Below, in pieces: positions 1-7,962 of a stretch of 64,000 nucleotides of DNA. How positions within the stretch are numbered: position 1 is the stretch's first letter; each line of letters begins with the position of its first letter. This DNA is from a virus, in the IMG/VR virus record IMGVR_UViG_3300032893_000011, positions 32,001 through 96,000 of that record. One strand, given 5' to 3'. The notes beneath the pieces are model-generated. The model worked only from the letters and a program-made list of their open reading frames with translations, had not been told where the DNA came from and made no database searches. A program made the position numbers and the translations under genes.

Positions 1-128
1 ACAGCAACCGCACACAGGGCGAAGTCCTGCTTCCGACTCCTCGTGCGACGGACGGCACGAAGGGCGGCCCGAACCAGCACGGCTCATCGGGGGACCTGAT
101 GCTGCCCTCAGCGGTGCTGGACCTGTAA
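1..128 (+). CDS. 3' end of a DNA cytosine methyltransferase-associated ORF (partial, LLPTP repeat region)
   Basis: Frame 3 reads EVLLPTPRATDGTKGGPNQHGSSGDLMLPSAVLDL* (TAA 126-128); the same LLPTP repeats continue in frame 2 from 131. Confidence 0.55.
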   Translation, partial: SNRTQGEVLLPTPRATDGTKGGPNQHGSSGDLMLPSAVLDL

Positions 129-181
129 ACCTGCTGCCGACACCCCTTGCCCGCGACTTCAAAGGCCACAGCCCCGCTGAC

Positions 182-820
182 ATGAACCGCCGCAACCCGA
201 ATATGTCAGCCATCACAGACCTACTGCCGACACCCGCCGTAAACGACATTGGCGACAACAAGACCATTGAGTGGTGGGACGACTGGACCACCCGCATGAA
301 AAACCAGCACAGCAACGGCAACGGCCACGGCCCATCACTAGAGATCGAAGTGCAACGCCCACTGCTACCCACGCCGCGTAGCAGCGACTGTTTCGGTGCT
401 GGCGTCCACGGTGACGGCGGCATGGACCTACGCACCACCGTGCCACTACTCGCCACTCCGAGCACCGCTGACGGTAATGGTGGTCACCTGAACCGATCCG
501 GTGACCGCAAAAACGAACTACTGCTACCTGGCCAGGCCCGCGACATGGTGACCAGTTGGGGTAAGTATGAGCCCGCGATCCGCCGCTGGGAACAGCACAC
601 CCGCCCCGCCCCACCACCCACCGAACCCAACACCAAAGGCAACCCCCGCCTATCCGCCGCGTTCAGTGAGTGGATGATGGGCTGGCCCGAAGGCTGGGTC
701 ACCGCCGTCCCCGGTATCAGCCGCAGCGATGCCCTGCGCGTCATCGGCAACGGCGTCGTGGTTCAACAGACCACCGCAGCCCTGCAATGGCTCCTACACG
801 CCACCCAGGTGACCGCATGA
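182..820 (+). CDS. C-terminal part/subunit of a C5 cytosine DNA methyltransferase
   Basis: LLPTP repeats, then RLSAAFSEWMMGWPEGWV and LRVIGNGVV (motifs IX/X of phage C5-MTases). Confidence 0.75.
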   Translation: MNRRNPNMSAITDLLPTPAVNDIGDNKTIEWWDDWTTRMKNQHSNGNGHGPSLEIEVQRPLLPTPRSSDCFGAGVHGDGGMDLRTTVPLLATPSTADGNGGHLNRSGDRKNELLLPGQARDMVTSWGKYEPAIRRWEQHTRPAPPPTEPNTKGNPRLSAAFSEWMMGWPEGWVTAVPGISRSDALRVIGNGVVVQQTTAALQWLLHATQVTA

Positions 821-1027
821 CCCCGCGTGTGTACACCCCCGCGACCATCGCCGCTGCCACCGACCGCCGCTGGCTCACCACCAACCACCGCATCAGCCGC
901 GACTGGATGATCCACGCCAACTGCCGAGGCTGCGACCCCGAACTATGGTTCCCCCACGTCCCGGCGTTACGGCGTGCGCGGCGCCAACGCGGCGGCCAGG
1001 CGGGCACTGAGGCGCCGAAGGGCCTAG
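817..1027 (+). pseudogene. whiB: WhiB-family regulator remnant (internal deletion plus frameshift)
   Basis: N-part WMIHANCRGCDPELWFP; C-part YGVRGANAAARRALRRRRA* in another frame (965-1027); the C-x2-C-x5-C core is missing. Confidence 0.65.
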
Positions 1028-1056
1028 GTCGCACGCCGGGTGCCTATCGTTGACGC

Positions 1057-3807
1057 GTGACGGTCCCCGCCCTGCGTGTCGTGCGCCGTCCCAAACGCGC
1101 CCACCGCCACCTGTCCCTGGTGGCCGCCAGCCAACCCATCGAAACCCCGCAACGCATATTCAGGACCACCGTCTCCGGGGTCGTCGCCGACGACGACTGG
1201 CAAACCGAGGCCTGGGACATGTACGACGCCGTCGGCGAGCTCCGCTACTACGTCGGCTGGCGCTCCTCATCGTGCTCACGGGTGCGCCTCATCGCCTCCG
1301 AGATCGACCCCGACACCGGCCGCCCCACCGGCACCTGCGACAACCTCGCCGCCGCCCAAGTCGTCAACGGCATCGCCGGTGGGCACCTCGGCCAAACCCA
1401 GCTCATCAAACGCGTCGTCGAATGCCTCACCGTGCCCGGAGAAGTGTGGGTGGGCATCATCCAACCCGGCGACGAGCCCGCGCAACGCTGGCTCGCCCTG
1501 TCGAAGGACGAGATCTTCAGAAACGGCGCCGGGGCGGAGATCGAGCTGCCCGACGGGTCGCGCCACACCCTGTCCATGCCCCGCGACTCGCTGATCCGCG
1601 TCTGGATCCCCCGAGCCCGGCGGGCGTCGCAGCCCGACTCGCCGGTCCGGGCCTGCCTCGGGTCGCTGCACGAGATACACCGCACCACGAAAACCATAGC
1701 CAACGCCTCCAAGTCCCGCCTCATCGGCAACGGCATCGTGTTCGTGCCGCAGGAGATGTCCCTGCCGCCGATGAACACCCCCCTGGCCGCCAACCAGCTC
1801 GGGCCGCCCACCCCGACGATGGACGGCACGTCGGCGGTGCAGCAGCTGCAGGAGCTGCTGTGGCAGGTGGCGCAGACGGCCTACGACGACGAAGACTCGA
1901 TGGCTGCCCTGATACCGATGTTCGCCACCGTGCCCGGCGACCAGATCAAAAACGTGCAGCACCTGCAGTTCGAGAACAACATCACCGACGTCGCGATCAA
2001 GACCCGCAACGACGCAATCGCCAGGCTCGCGATGGGATTGGACGTGAGCCCAGAAAGGCTCCTCGGTTTGGGGCGAAGCTCAAACCATTGGTGCAAAGAC
2101 GACCAGACTGAAATTCTGACACAACGCGGCTGGTTACGGCAGGATCAGCTGCGAATCGGCGACATGGCGCTGACGCTACAGCAAAGCGGGTTGAGCGAGT
2201 GGCAGCCAGTGCTGGACATCTACCGTGCTGACGTGATTGATGAGCCGATGCTGTCAATGGAGGCGGCGTCTCATTCATCGTTGTCCACGGCAGGGCATCG
2301 CTGGCTGGTGACTCACGTTAGCAACGGGAAATGGCGATGGACGACCAGCGGTCAGGGTTTCGCCAAGGCGGACCGCATACCCGCCGCTGCAAGATGTGTG
2401 TCGTTACCTTCTGGGCCGAAGTACTCGGATAGTTTCGTTCGGCTCGCAGCTGCTTACATGTCGGACGGCTCGCGGTTGCGCTATGAGTCTGGAACAGAAT
2501 TCGTTCGTATCGTCAAGTTCGATGCCGATGAAATCATTGCTTTGCGAGCGGTGTGCCGTGAAGTGTTCGGGCGTGACGTCTCAGAGCGCCATCACCCGAC
2601 CAGAACACGCGCCGGGCTGGCTTTCGTGCTGCACGCCGATGAGTCACAAGCGCTGTTTGACATCACCAGCGAGCATAAGGCGCTCAAACCCGAGTTCATT
2701 CTCACGTTAACGGAAGCGCAGCTGCACCTGTTCCTTGATGCGTTGATTGAGCTTGGCGACGGTGTCGCTTTATCGCATGGTGCTCGGACCTTCTTCCAGG
2801 TGGAGCCGTCACGACTGGACGCCATCGAGATGGCAGCGATCCTCGCTGGCTATCGCTGCACCCGCGGGCAACGTAATCAGCAGACCGGTTTCGGCACGAC
2901 TCCGCTCCACTGGCTACGAGCTGGAACGGCTCGTAAATGGTTTGCTCCCTATGTGGCCGAAAAGTCCTGGCAACGTTACTCCGGGGTCGTCTGGTGTCCA
3001 ACCACCGAGAACGGGACGTGGTTCGCGCGGCGAGATGGAAAGGTCTGCGTCAGCGGAAATTCGGCCTGGCAGTTAGCTGACGAGGACGTGCAGCTGCACA
3101 TTTGCCCCGTGATGGAGTTGCTGTGCGCGGCGTTCAACGAGCGCATCGTCGGCCCTGTGTTTCAGAGGATGGGCATCGACCCCACCCGCTACATGCTGTG
3201 GTACGACGCCACCGGGCTGACCGCAGACCCCGACAAAACCAACAACGCCACAGCGGCGTTCGACCGGGGGGCGATCACCGCCGACGCGTTGCGCTCCTAC
3301 CTGCAGCTCGGCGACGACACCGGCTACGACCTGTCCACCCTCGAAGGGTGGAAGGTGTGGGCGCGCGACCACGTCAGCAAGGACCCCACCCTGCTGTCGG
3401 TCCCGCAGCTCGTCGCGCTGCTGGGCCCCGACGTGGTGAAGGTGACCACACCGCCCGCCCCGCCACCCGAGCAGCCCGCAGTGCCCGCCGGGCAGCGCCC
3501 GCCCGCGCTGCCGTCCGCGAAACCCAAACCCGCAGCCCCCGCGCAGCAGGAGCCGCAAACCGAGGAGGAGGAGGCGGCCCCGGCCGCACAGGTCCGCGAC
3601 GACGTGCACATGGGCATCGTGGACCTGATGGTGTCACGGGCACTCGGCCTCGCGTCGCGGCGGCGTCGCGGCACCGGCGACCGGTGGGACGAAGCCCTCG
3701 AAGACGAAGTGCTGGGTCTGCTGAACATCGACGGCGAGGACGTGCGCGCGGCGGTTCGCCGCAGCGTGCGCCACAAACTCGCCGCGCGCAACGGGGAAGG
3801 AAGCTGA
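1057..3807 (+). CDS. Portal protein containing an intein
   Basis: First head gene; WQTEAWDMYDAVGELRY, SKSRLIGNG, RLAMGLDVSPERLLG..NHW|SAW motifs like Cluster B-type portals. Confidence 0.85.
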   Translation: MTVPALRVVRRPKRAHRHLSLVAASQPIETPQRIFRTTVSGVVADDDWQTEAWDMYDAVGELRYYVGWRSSSCSRVRLIASEIDPDTGRPTGTCDNLAAAQVVNGIAGGHLGQTQLIKRVVECLTVPGEVWVGIIQPGDEPAQRWLALSKDEIFRNGAGAEIELPDGSRHTLSMPRDSLIRVWIPRARRASQPDSPVRACLGSLHEIHRTTKTIANASKSRLIGNGIVFVPQEMSLPPMNTPLAANQLGPPTPTMDGTSAVQQLQELLWQVAQTAYDDEDSMAALIPMFATVPGDQIKNVQHLQFENNITDVAIKTRNDAIARLAMGLDVSPERLLGLGRSSNHWCKDDQTEILTQRGWLRQDQLRIGDMALTLQQSGLSEWQPVLDIYRADVIDEPMLSMEAASHSSLSTAGHRWLVTHVSNGKWRWTTSGQGFAKADRIPAAARCVSLPSGPKYSDSFVRLAAAYMSDGSRLRYESGTEFVRIVKFDADEIIALRAVCREVFGRDVSERHHPTRTRAGLAFVLHADESQALFDITSEHKALKPEFILTLTEAQLHLFLDALIELGDGVALSHGARTFFQVEPSRLDAIEMAAILAGYRCTRGQRNQQTGFGTTPLHWLRAGTARKWFAPYVAEKSWQRYSGVVWCPTTENGTWFARRDGKVCVSGNSAWQLADEDVQLHICPVMELLCAAFNERIVGPVFQRMGIDPTRYMLWYDATGLTADPDKTNNATAAFDRGAITADALRSYLQLGDDTGYDLSTLEGWKVWARDHVSKDPTLLSVPQLVALLGPDVVKVTTPPAPPPEQPAVPAGQRPPALPSAKPKPAAPAQQEPQTEEEEAAPAAQVRDDVHMGIVDLMVSRALGLASRRRRGTGDRWDEALEDEVLGLLNIDGEDVRAAVRRSVRHKLAARNGEGS
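2092..3060 (+). mobile_element. Intein (323 aa) with LAGLIDADG homing endonuclease, in portal
   Basis: Starts CKDDQTEILTQRGW; block B STAGHRWLV; LAGLIDADG-like LAAAYMSDGS and FLDALIELGDG; block F/G VVWCPTTENGTWFARRDGKVCVSGN followed by +1 Ser; lower GC than flanks. Confidence 0.92.
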
Positions 3808-3810
3808 ACC

Positions 3811-6800
3811 ATGTGGCCCGACCACGCCGAGGCGATCGAGGAGACCGTTAACGCCGAGGAGGCGCTGGAGGACGCCTACACACAGGCCCTGCACGCATGG
3901 GCGCCCCACGTGCAGGCCGCTGTCCTACCCGAACTGGACGGGCAGATCGTCACCGGCGACGACGACCCGCTGACCGCCGCAGCCACCGAAATCCCGCCCA
4001 ACCCCGACGCTGTCGGCTCCACCCAAAACCAGTGGGACGCCAGCGCGGCCGAGCACGTGCTGCCGGTGGTGGAGAAACTATGGGACGACGCCGCACTGGC
4101 CGCCGGGATCGGAACCGGGACACTCACCGCCGCCCTAAGCGCAGCCGACCTGCTGGCCGCAGCGAAATCGGCGCGCGACGACTTCACAAGCCGCTACAGG
4201 GACACCGCAGCGCAAGTGCCCGCCGCGGTGCGAGCCGAACTGCAGGCCATCATCAAACGCGCGCCCATAGGCACCACCACCTCGGCGCTGCGCTCGACCA
4301 TCCGCAAAGCCATCACACCCGGATCAGCGCTGCTGCGCGACCTGTCGCGACGCGCGAGCTACCACGCCGCCGGGATCCTCAACCACGCCCTCACGGCCGT
4401 CGCCAAACACACCGCAGGCGCCGACCGGCTCGAATGGCTGTGTGTGCACCCCGACACGGTCGTGTCGGCTGTCGGCGTCACCCACCTGGCGCGTCGCCGC
4501 TACGAAGGCACCCTTGTATCGATTCGCACAGCTTCGGGGTCGGCCGTGGCCCTCACACCGCAGCACCGTGTACTGACCGGCCGCGGGTGGGTGGCCGCCC
4601 AGCTCCTTCACGAGGGTGACGAGCTGTTCAAGGTCGGGGCCGTTAACGCCCCGGTCGCACCACACGTACAGGACGGGATAACCGTTATCGGTGATGTGGT
4701 CGACGCGGCGATGGACGGTCGCCCGCCCCAGGTGCGGTCCGTGGCGCGAGGTGTGGATTTCGACGGCCACACCGCTGGCGAGTATGTCGACGTTGTAGCG
4801 GCCGACCGCGACCTGCCGATCAACATCGAACCCGCTGGCGGCGAGATGCTCGGCGACCTGCTGCTCGCTGACGCCGACAGTCTGGCTCATGCGGCGATGC
4901 TTGGTGCGCGCCATCGCAACCACACCCTCGGCCGGTTTGGCGCGGCCCCGGTTCTTGTCGGCAACCATGCCGTAGAAGGCGGCCTTGACATCGGCGGGAA
5001 TCTTCGACACCCGGACCTTGCCAGCGGCGGACTTATCCCGCAACTCGACACCGGCCGCCGCGACAACGGCGGCGATCAACTGACCGGAACAACCGTATCG
5101 CTGGCCGAGCGCGAGCCGGGATCCCCCGGCGAGATACGCGGCGACGATCTCGTCAGCGTTGGCGCGGATGTCGCCGCGCCGCCGGGCCTCGACACCGAGT
5201 TTCTGCGCGGCCCGCGCCTGCGCAACGGCCTCGGGTCGGGTGAAACGCATCCGGGTGCCCTCGGCGCGGGTCCTCAAAACTCCCGCGTCGCGCAGCCTGC
5301 GGCGAACCGTCCCGGGGCTGCCGCCCAGGTCCACGGAGATTTCGACGGGACTCCATCCGGCGGTATACCTGGCGACGACCTCATCGACGTCGAGCCGGAC
5401 CCGCTTGGTGCGTGTGTTCGCGACCGGGTGGTCAGAGTGGGGCGAATTTTCCATAGCGGGTACGTGTACGACCTTTCGACGCGTGGCCATTGGTACACGG
5501 CGAATGGACTTATTGCACATAATTCTATACTCGACGAACGCACCCGCGACACCCATTGGGAGGCAGACGGGCAGGTCACATCGATCGGCGGGATGTTCGT
5601 CGTCGGCGGCTCTGAAATGGAATTTCCAGGGGACCATAGGGCCCCAATACGCGAATGGATCAACTGCGTGACCGGCGAGGCGCTAGTCTCCTGGCCTGGG
5701 CAGCAGGTATCTCACGCTACGAAGCGGCGCCACCGCGGCGCGTTCGTCCATCTGCTCACGGCTGACGGTCACGACCTCACCATCACCGCGAATCATCCCG
5801 TACTGACCGACGCCGGATACGTCACCGCTCACCTGTTGCGCCCAGGCGATCACGTCATCGCATCCGACCCCCTCAATGCCCCACAGGTAGATCACATGCC
5901 AGCCCGTGCTGATGAGGTCTATCGTGCGTTTCGCGATGCGGGGGTAGAGCAGCGGGTTGTAGCGAGCGGCGTGGACTTCCACCACGACGCGCTCGAAGGC
6001 GACGAAGTCAGCGTTGTACGGGCCGATGGTGACTTGTCCGAGGAGTTCAACCCCGGCCTTCTCGGCGGCGGCGACGATGCAGCGCTCGTTGGGCTGGGCA
6101 GCGGAAAGGGTGACGCCGCGCGTGCGGGCTCTGCTGTAAACGGCCGTCTCGACCTGGCCGTAGTAGCCCCTGGACGGCCTGGCGGCCGTCGACCGGCGAG
6201 CCTCGTTGGCGGCCCGGGCGATAGCGCGCCTACCCTCACGGTCGAGTTTGGCGAACCTGATCCGGTTGGCTTCGCTGCCAGAACGCACAGGAAGTCCCTG
6301 GTCGCGCAGGAGACGGACGATGGTGTCTCTGCTTACTCCGATGGTGCGCGCCATCTGCAGCACGCTTATGCCCTCGGCATGAAGCCGAGCAAGCTCACCG
6401 CTGTCGACGTTTACTTTGGCGACCATGATGTCTTCAACTTCTCGACCACCCAACAATTCTACTTCGGCAATGGCATTGCCGTGCACAACTGCCGATGCAG
6501 GCTGATCGCCCTGGGTGCAGGTGAGGAGCCTAAACTGCGGCGCGTGCCCGCCGAGGAGGCGGCCAAACGCGCCAAGCGCGGCGTGGTGCACGCCGAAGCG
6601 GAATCGGTGACCGCAGCGACGGAAGAGGTGGAGCAGATGGGCACCGTCACCCAGATCGATCCCCAGCAGCAGCCCGGCGAGACGTACCGCACGTTCACGG
6701 CGACGACCGCGTTCCTCGGCGTCCCCACCACCGACCGCCGCATGCTGCACAAGAAGATGGACCTGAAGATCCGGGCAGCCCCGCGACCGCTGATGTGGAT

Positions 6801-7962
6801 GTCCAAGACCGGTGATGGCATGGGGGGGCACCAGCACGCGTCCACGGTGGGCGTCATCGAGTCGGAGCAGGTCAAGGGCAACAAGATCGTCGAGTCGGGG
6901 TACCTGCTGAACACCCCGGACGCCGACGAGGCGGCGATGCAGCTCGCGCACAAGGTCACCCGGCCGTCGGTCGATTTGGGCGGCGCGGACTGGCAGATGA
7001 CCGACGAGGACGGCAACAAGATCGGCGAGGAGGAGTGGCGCAACCTGTCGCCGGGCACCAAGACGTACCGCACGTTCACCGCCGGTGAGTTGATGGGCAC
7101 AACCTTGGTGTCCACGCCCGCGTTCGGGGCGACGTCGCTGACGCTGCACCCGGAGCGCGAGACGCGGGACGTGGCGCTGGTCGCGGCGGCGGTGCAAAGC
7201 GCCCTGTTCTACGAGCCCCGCATATACCCGGCGTCGCACTTCTCCGACCCGCAGCTGCCCGGGCCGGCCCAACCGACGATGCTCGACGACGGCCGCATAG
7301 TGGGGCACATCGCCTGCTGGGGGGCGTGCCACCGCAGCGTGCAGAAACTCTGCCAGGAGGCGCCCCGATCCCCGTCCAATTACAGCCACTTCCACACCTC
7401 CCCGGCGGTGCGCCTCGACGACGGCACCCGGCTGCCGGTGGGACGGTTGACGATCGCCACCGGCCACGCCGACGGCCGCCTGAGCGGTGTGCCCGCGCAG
7501 GCCCACTACGACAACACCGGCTCCTGCTGGGCGCTGGTGCGGGCCGGGGAGGACGAGCACGGCATCTGGGTGTCCGGCATCGCCGCCCCGTGGGCCGACG
7601 CGGACCTGGTGGAGCAGGGCCTGTCCGCGCCGCTGTCGGGCGACTGGCGCGACTTCGGCGCCGGCCTGGACCTGATCGCCGCCCTGTCCGTGAACACCCC
7701 CGGGTTCGTCGCGGCCTCCGGGTTCGAGGACGAGTGGGGCCAGCAGCTGACCCTGGTGGCGTCCCTCGGACCGGACCCGACAGGGTCCCGCGGCCCGGCC
7801 GCGCTGACCCGCGACGACATCAAACGCGCGTTCGCCGAGGTCCTGTTCGAGGAGAATGCGCGAATCGAGCGGGAGTCGGCCCTGACGCGGGCCGCAGCGT
7901 TCACCCACCCGCCCACCCACAACGAGCGGGTCCGCGACATGCTGACCAGGGCCGGGTTCTAG
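3811..7962 (+). CDS. MuF-like (minor head) / capsid maturation protease fusion containing two inteins
   Basis: Spliced product restores the MuF motifs W-L-S-I-L-D-E-R-T-R-D-T-H..DG and EWIN-CRC; C-terminal protease-like region (T-D-R-R, PSVDL, TLVSTPAF, GHIACWG, LSGDWR). Confidence 0.85.
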   Translation: MWPDHAEAIEETVNAEEALEDAYTQALHAWAPHVQAAVLPELDGQIVTGDDDPLTAAATEIPPNPDAVGSTQNQWDASAAEHVLPVVEKLWDDAALAAGIGTGTLTAALSAADLLAAAKSARDDFTSRYRDTAAQVPAAVRAELQAIIKRAPIGTTTSALRSTIRKAITPGSALLRDLSRRASYHAAGILNHALTAVAKHTAGADRLEWLCVHPDTVVSAVGVTHLARRRYEGTLVSIRTASGSAVALTPQHRVLTGRGWVAAQLLHEGDELFKVGAVNAPVAPHVQDGITVIGDVVDAAMDGRPPQVRSVARGVDFDGHTAGEYVDVVAADRDLPINIEPAGGEMLGDLLLADADSLAHAAMLGARHRNHTLGRFGAAPVLVGNHAVEGGLDIGGNLRHPDLASGGLIPQLDTGRRDNGGDQLTGTTVSLAEREPGSPGEIRGDDLVSVGADVAAPPGLDTEFLRGPRLRNGLGSGETHPGALGAGPQNSRVAQPAANRPGAAAQVHGDFDGTPSGGIPGDDLIDVEPDPLGACVRDRVVRVGRIFHSGYVYDLSTRGHWYTANGLIAHNSILDERTRDTHWEADGQVTSIGGMFVVGGSEMEFPGDHRAPIREWINCVTGEALVSWPGQQVSHATKRRHRGAFVHLLTADGHDLTITANHPVLTDAGYVTAHLLRPGDHVIASDPLNAPQVDHMPARADEVYRAFRDAGVEQRVVASGVDFHHDALEGDEVSVVRADGDLSEEFNPGLLGGGDDAALVGLGSGKGDAARAGSAVNGRLDLAVVAPGRPGGRRPASLVGGPGDSAPTLTVEFGEPDPVGFAARTHRKSLVAQETDDGVSAYSDGARHLQHAYALGMKPSKLTAVDVYFGDHDVFNFSTTQQFYFGNGIAVHNCRCRLIALGAGEEPKLRRVPAEEAAKRAKRGVVHAEAESVTAATEEVEQMGTVTQIDPQQQPGETYRTFTATTAFLGVPTTDRRMLHKKMDLKIRAAPRPLMWMSKTGDGMGGHQHASTVGVIESEQVKGNKIVESGYLLNTPDADEAAMQLAHKVTRPSVDLGGADWQMTDEDGNKIGEEEWRNLSPGTKTYRTFTAGELMGTTLVSTPAFGATSLTLHPERETRDVALVAAAVQSALFYEPRIYPASHFSDPQLPGPAQPTMLDDGRIVGHIACWGACHRSVQKLCQEAPRSPSNYSHFHTSPAVRLDDGTRLPVGRLTIATGHADGRLSGVPAQAHYDNTGSCWALVRAGEDEHGIWVSGIAAPWADADLVEQGLSAPLSGDWRDFGAGLDLIAALSVNTPGFVAASGFEDEWGQQLTLVASLGPDPTGSRGPAALTRDDIKRAFAEVLFEENARIERESALTRAAAFTHPPTHNERVRDMLTRAGF
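4324..5454 (-). CDS. Antisense HTH + DUF559/Vsr-like endonuclease overlapping intein A (start could instead be 5490 or 5520)
   Basis: Two HTH repeats (DEVVARYTAGWSPVEISVDLGGSPGTVRRRLRDAGV; DEIVAAYLAGGSRLALGQRYGCS) then SEQQVAEHL..RQVAVGRYNVDI..VAVEIH..R..I..NGYPVLYVW. Confidence 0.85.
   Translation of the reverse strand: MENSPHSDHPVANTRTKRVRLDVDEVVARYTAGWSPVEISVDLGGSPGTVRRRLRDAGVLRTRAEGTRMRFTRPEAVAQARAAQKLGVEARRRGDIRANADEIVAAYLAGGSRLALGQRYGCSGQLIAAVVAAAGVELRDKSAAGKVRVSKIPADVKAAFYGMVADKNRGRAKPAEGVVAMARTKHRRMSQTVGVSEQQVAEHLAASGFDVDRQVAVGRYNVDILASGVAVEIHTSRHGPHLGRATVHRRVDHITDNGYPVLYVWCDRGVNGPDLEQLVTLVKELGGHPPAAGQYTVLRCEGHGRPRSCANRYKGAFVAATRQVGDADSRHDRVGVHTQPFEPVGACGVFGDGREGVVEDPGGVVARASRQVAQQR
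4441..5523 (+). mobile_element. Intein A (361 aa) in the MuF domain
   Basis: CVHPDTVV start; block B LTPQHRVLTGRGWVAAQLLHEGD; block F/G GYVYDLSTRGHWYTANGLIAHN; +1 Ser. Confidence 0.92.
5665..6489 (+). mobile_element. Intein B (275 aa) in the MuF N-C-R-C motif
   Basis: CVTGEALV start; block B ITANHPVLTDAGYVTAHLLRPGD; block F/G DVFNFSTTQQFYFGNGIAVHN; +1 Cys. Confidence 0.92.
5683..6426 (-). CDS. Antisense HTH + DUF559/Vsr-like endonuclease (247 aa) wholly inside intein B
   Basis: MVAKVNVDSGELARLHAEGISVLQMARTIGVSRDTIVRLLRDQG (HTH) then NERCI..GQVTIGPYNADF..VVVEVH..KRTIDLISTGWHVIYLW; start and stop both fall within the intein. Confidence 0.85.
   Translation of the reverse strand: MVAKVNVDSGELARLHAEGISVLQMARTIGVSRDTIVRLLRDQGLPVRSGSEANRIRFAKLDREGRRAIARAANEARRSTAARPSRGYYGQVETAVYSRARTRGVTLSAAQPNERCIVAAAEKAGVELLGQVTIGPYNADFVAFERVVVEVHAARYNPLLYPRIAKRTIDLISTGWHVIYLWGIEGVGCDDVIAWAQQVSGDVSGVGQYGMIRGDGEVVTVSREQMDERAAVAPLRSVRYLLPRPGD

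Noticed and set aside
2092-3060. Possible antisense gene in the portal intein
   Set aside because: Only short minus ORFs; the sense frame already carries LAGLIDADG motifs
6430-7920. Upstream two-thirds of the 745-aa minus ORF 5683-7920
   Set aside because: Shadow of the protease domain in the stop-poor antisense register; only the part from ATG 6426 has domain motifs
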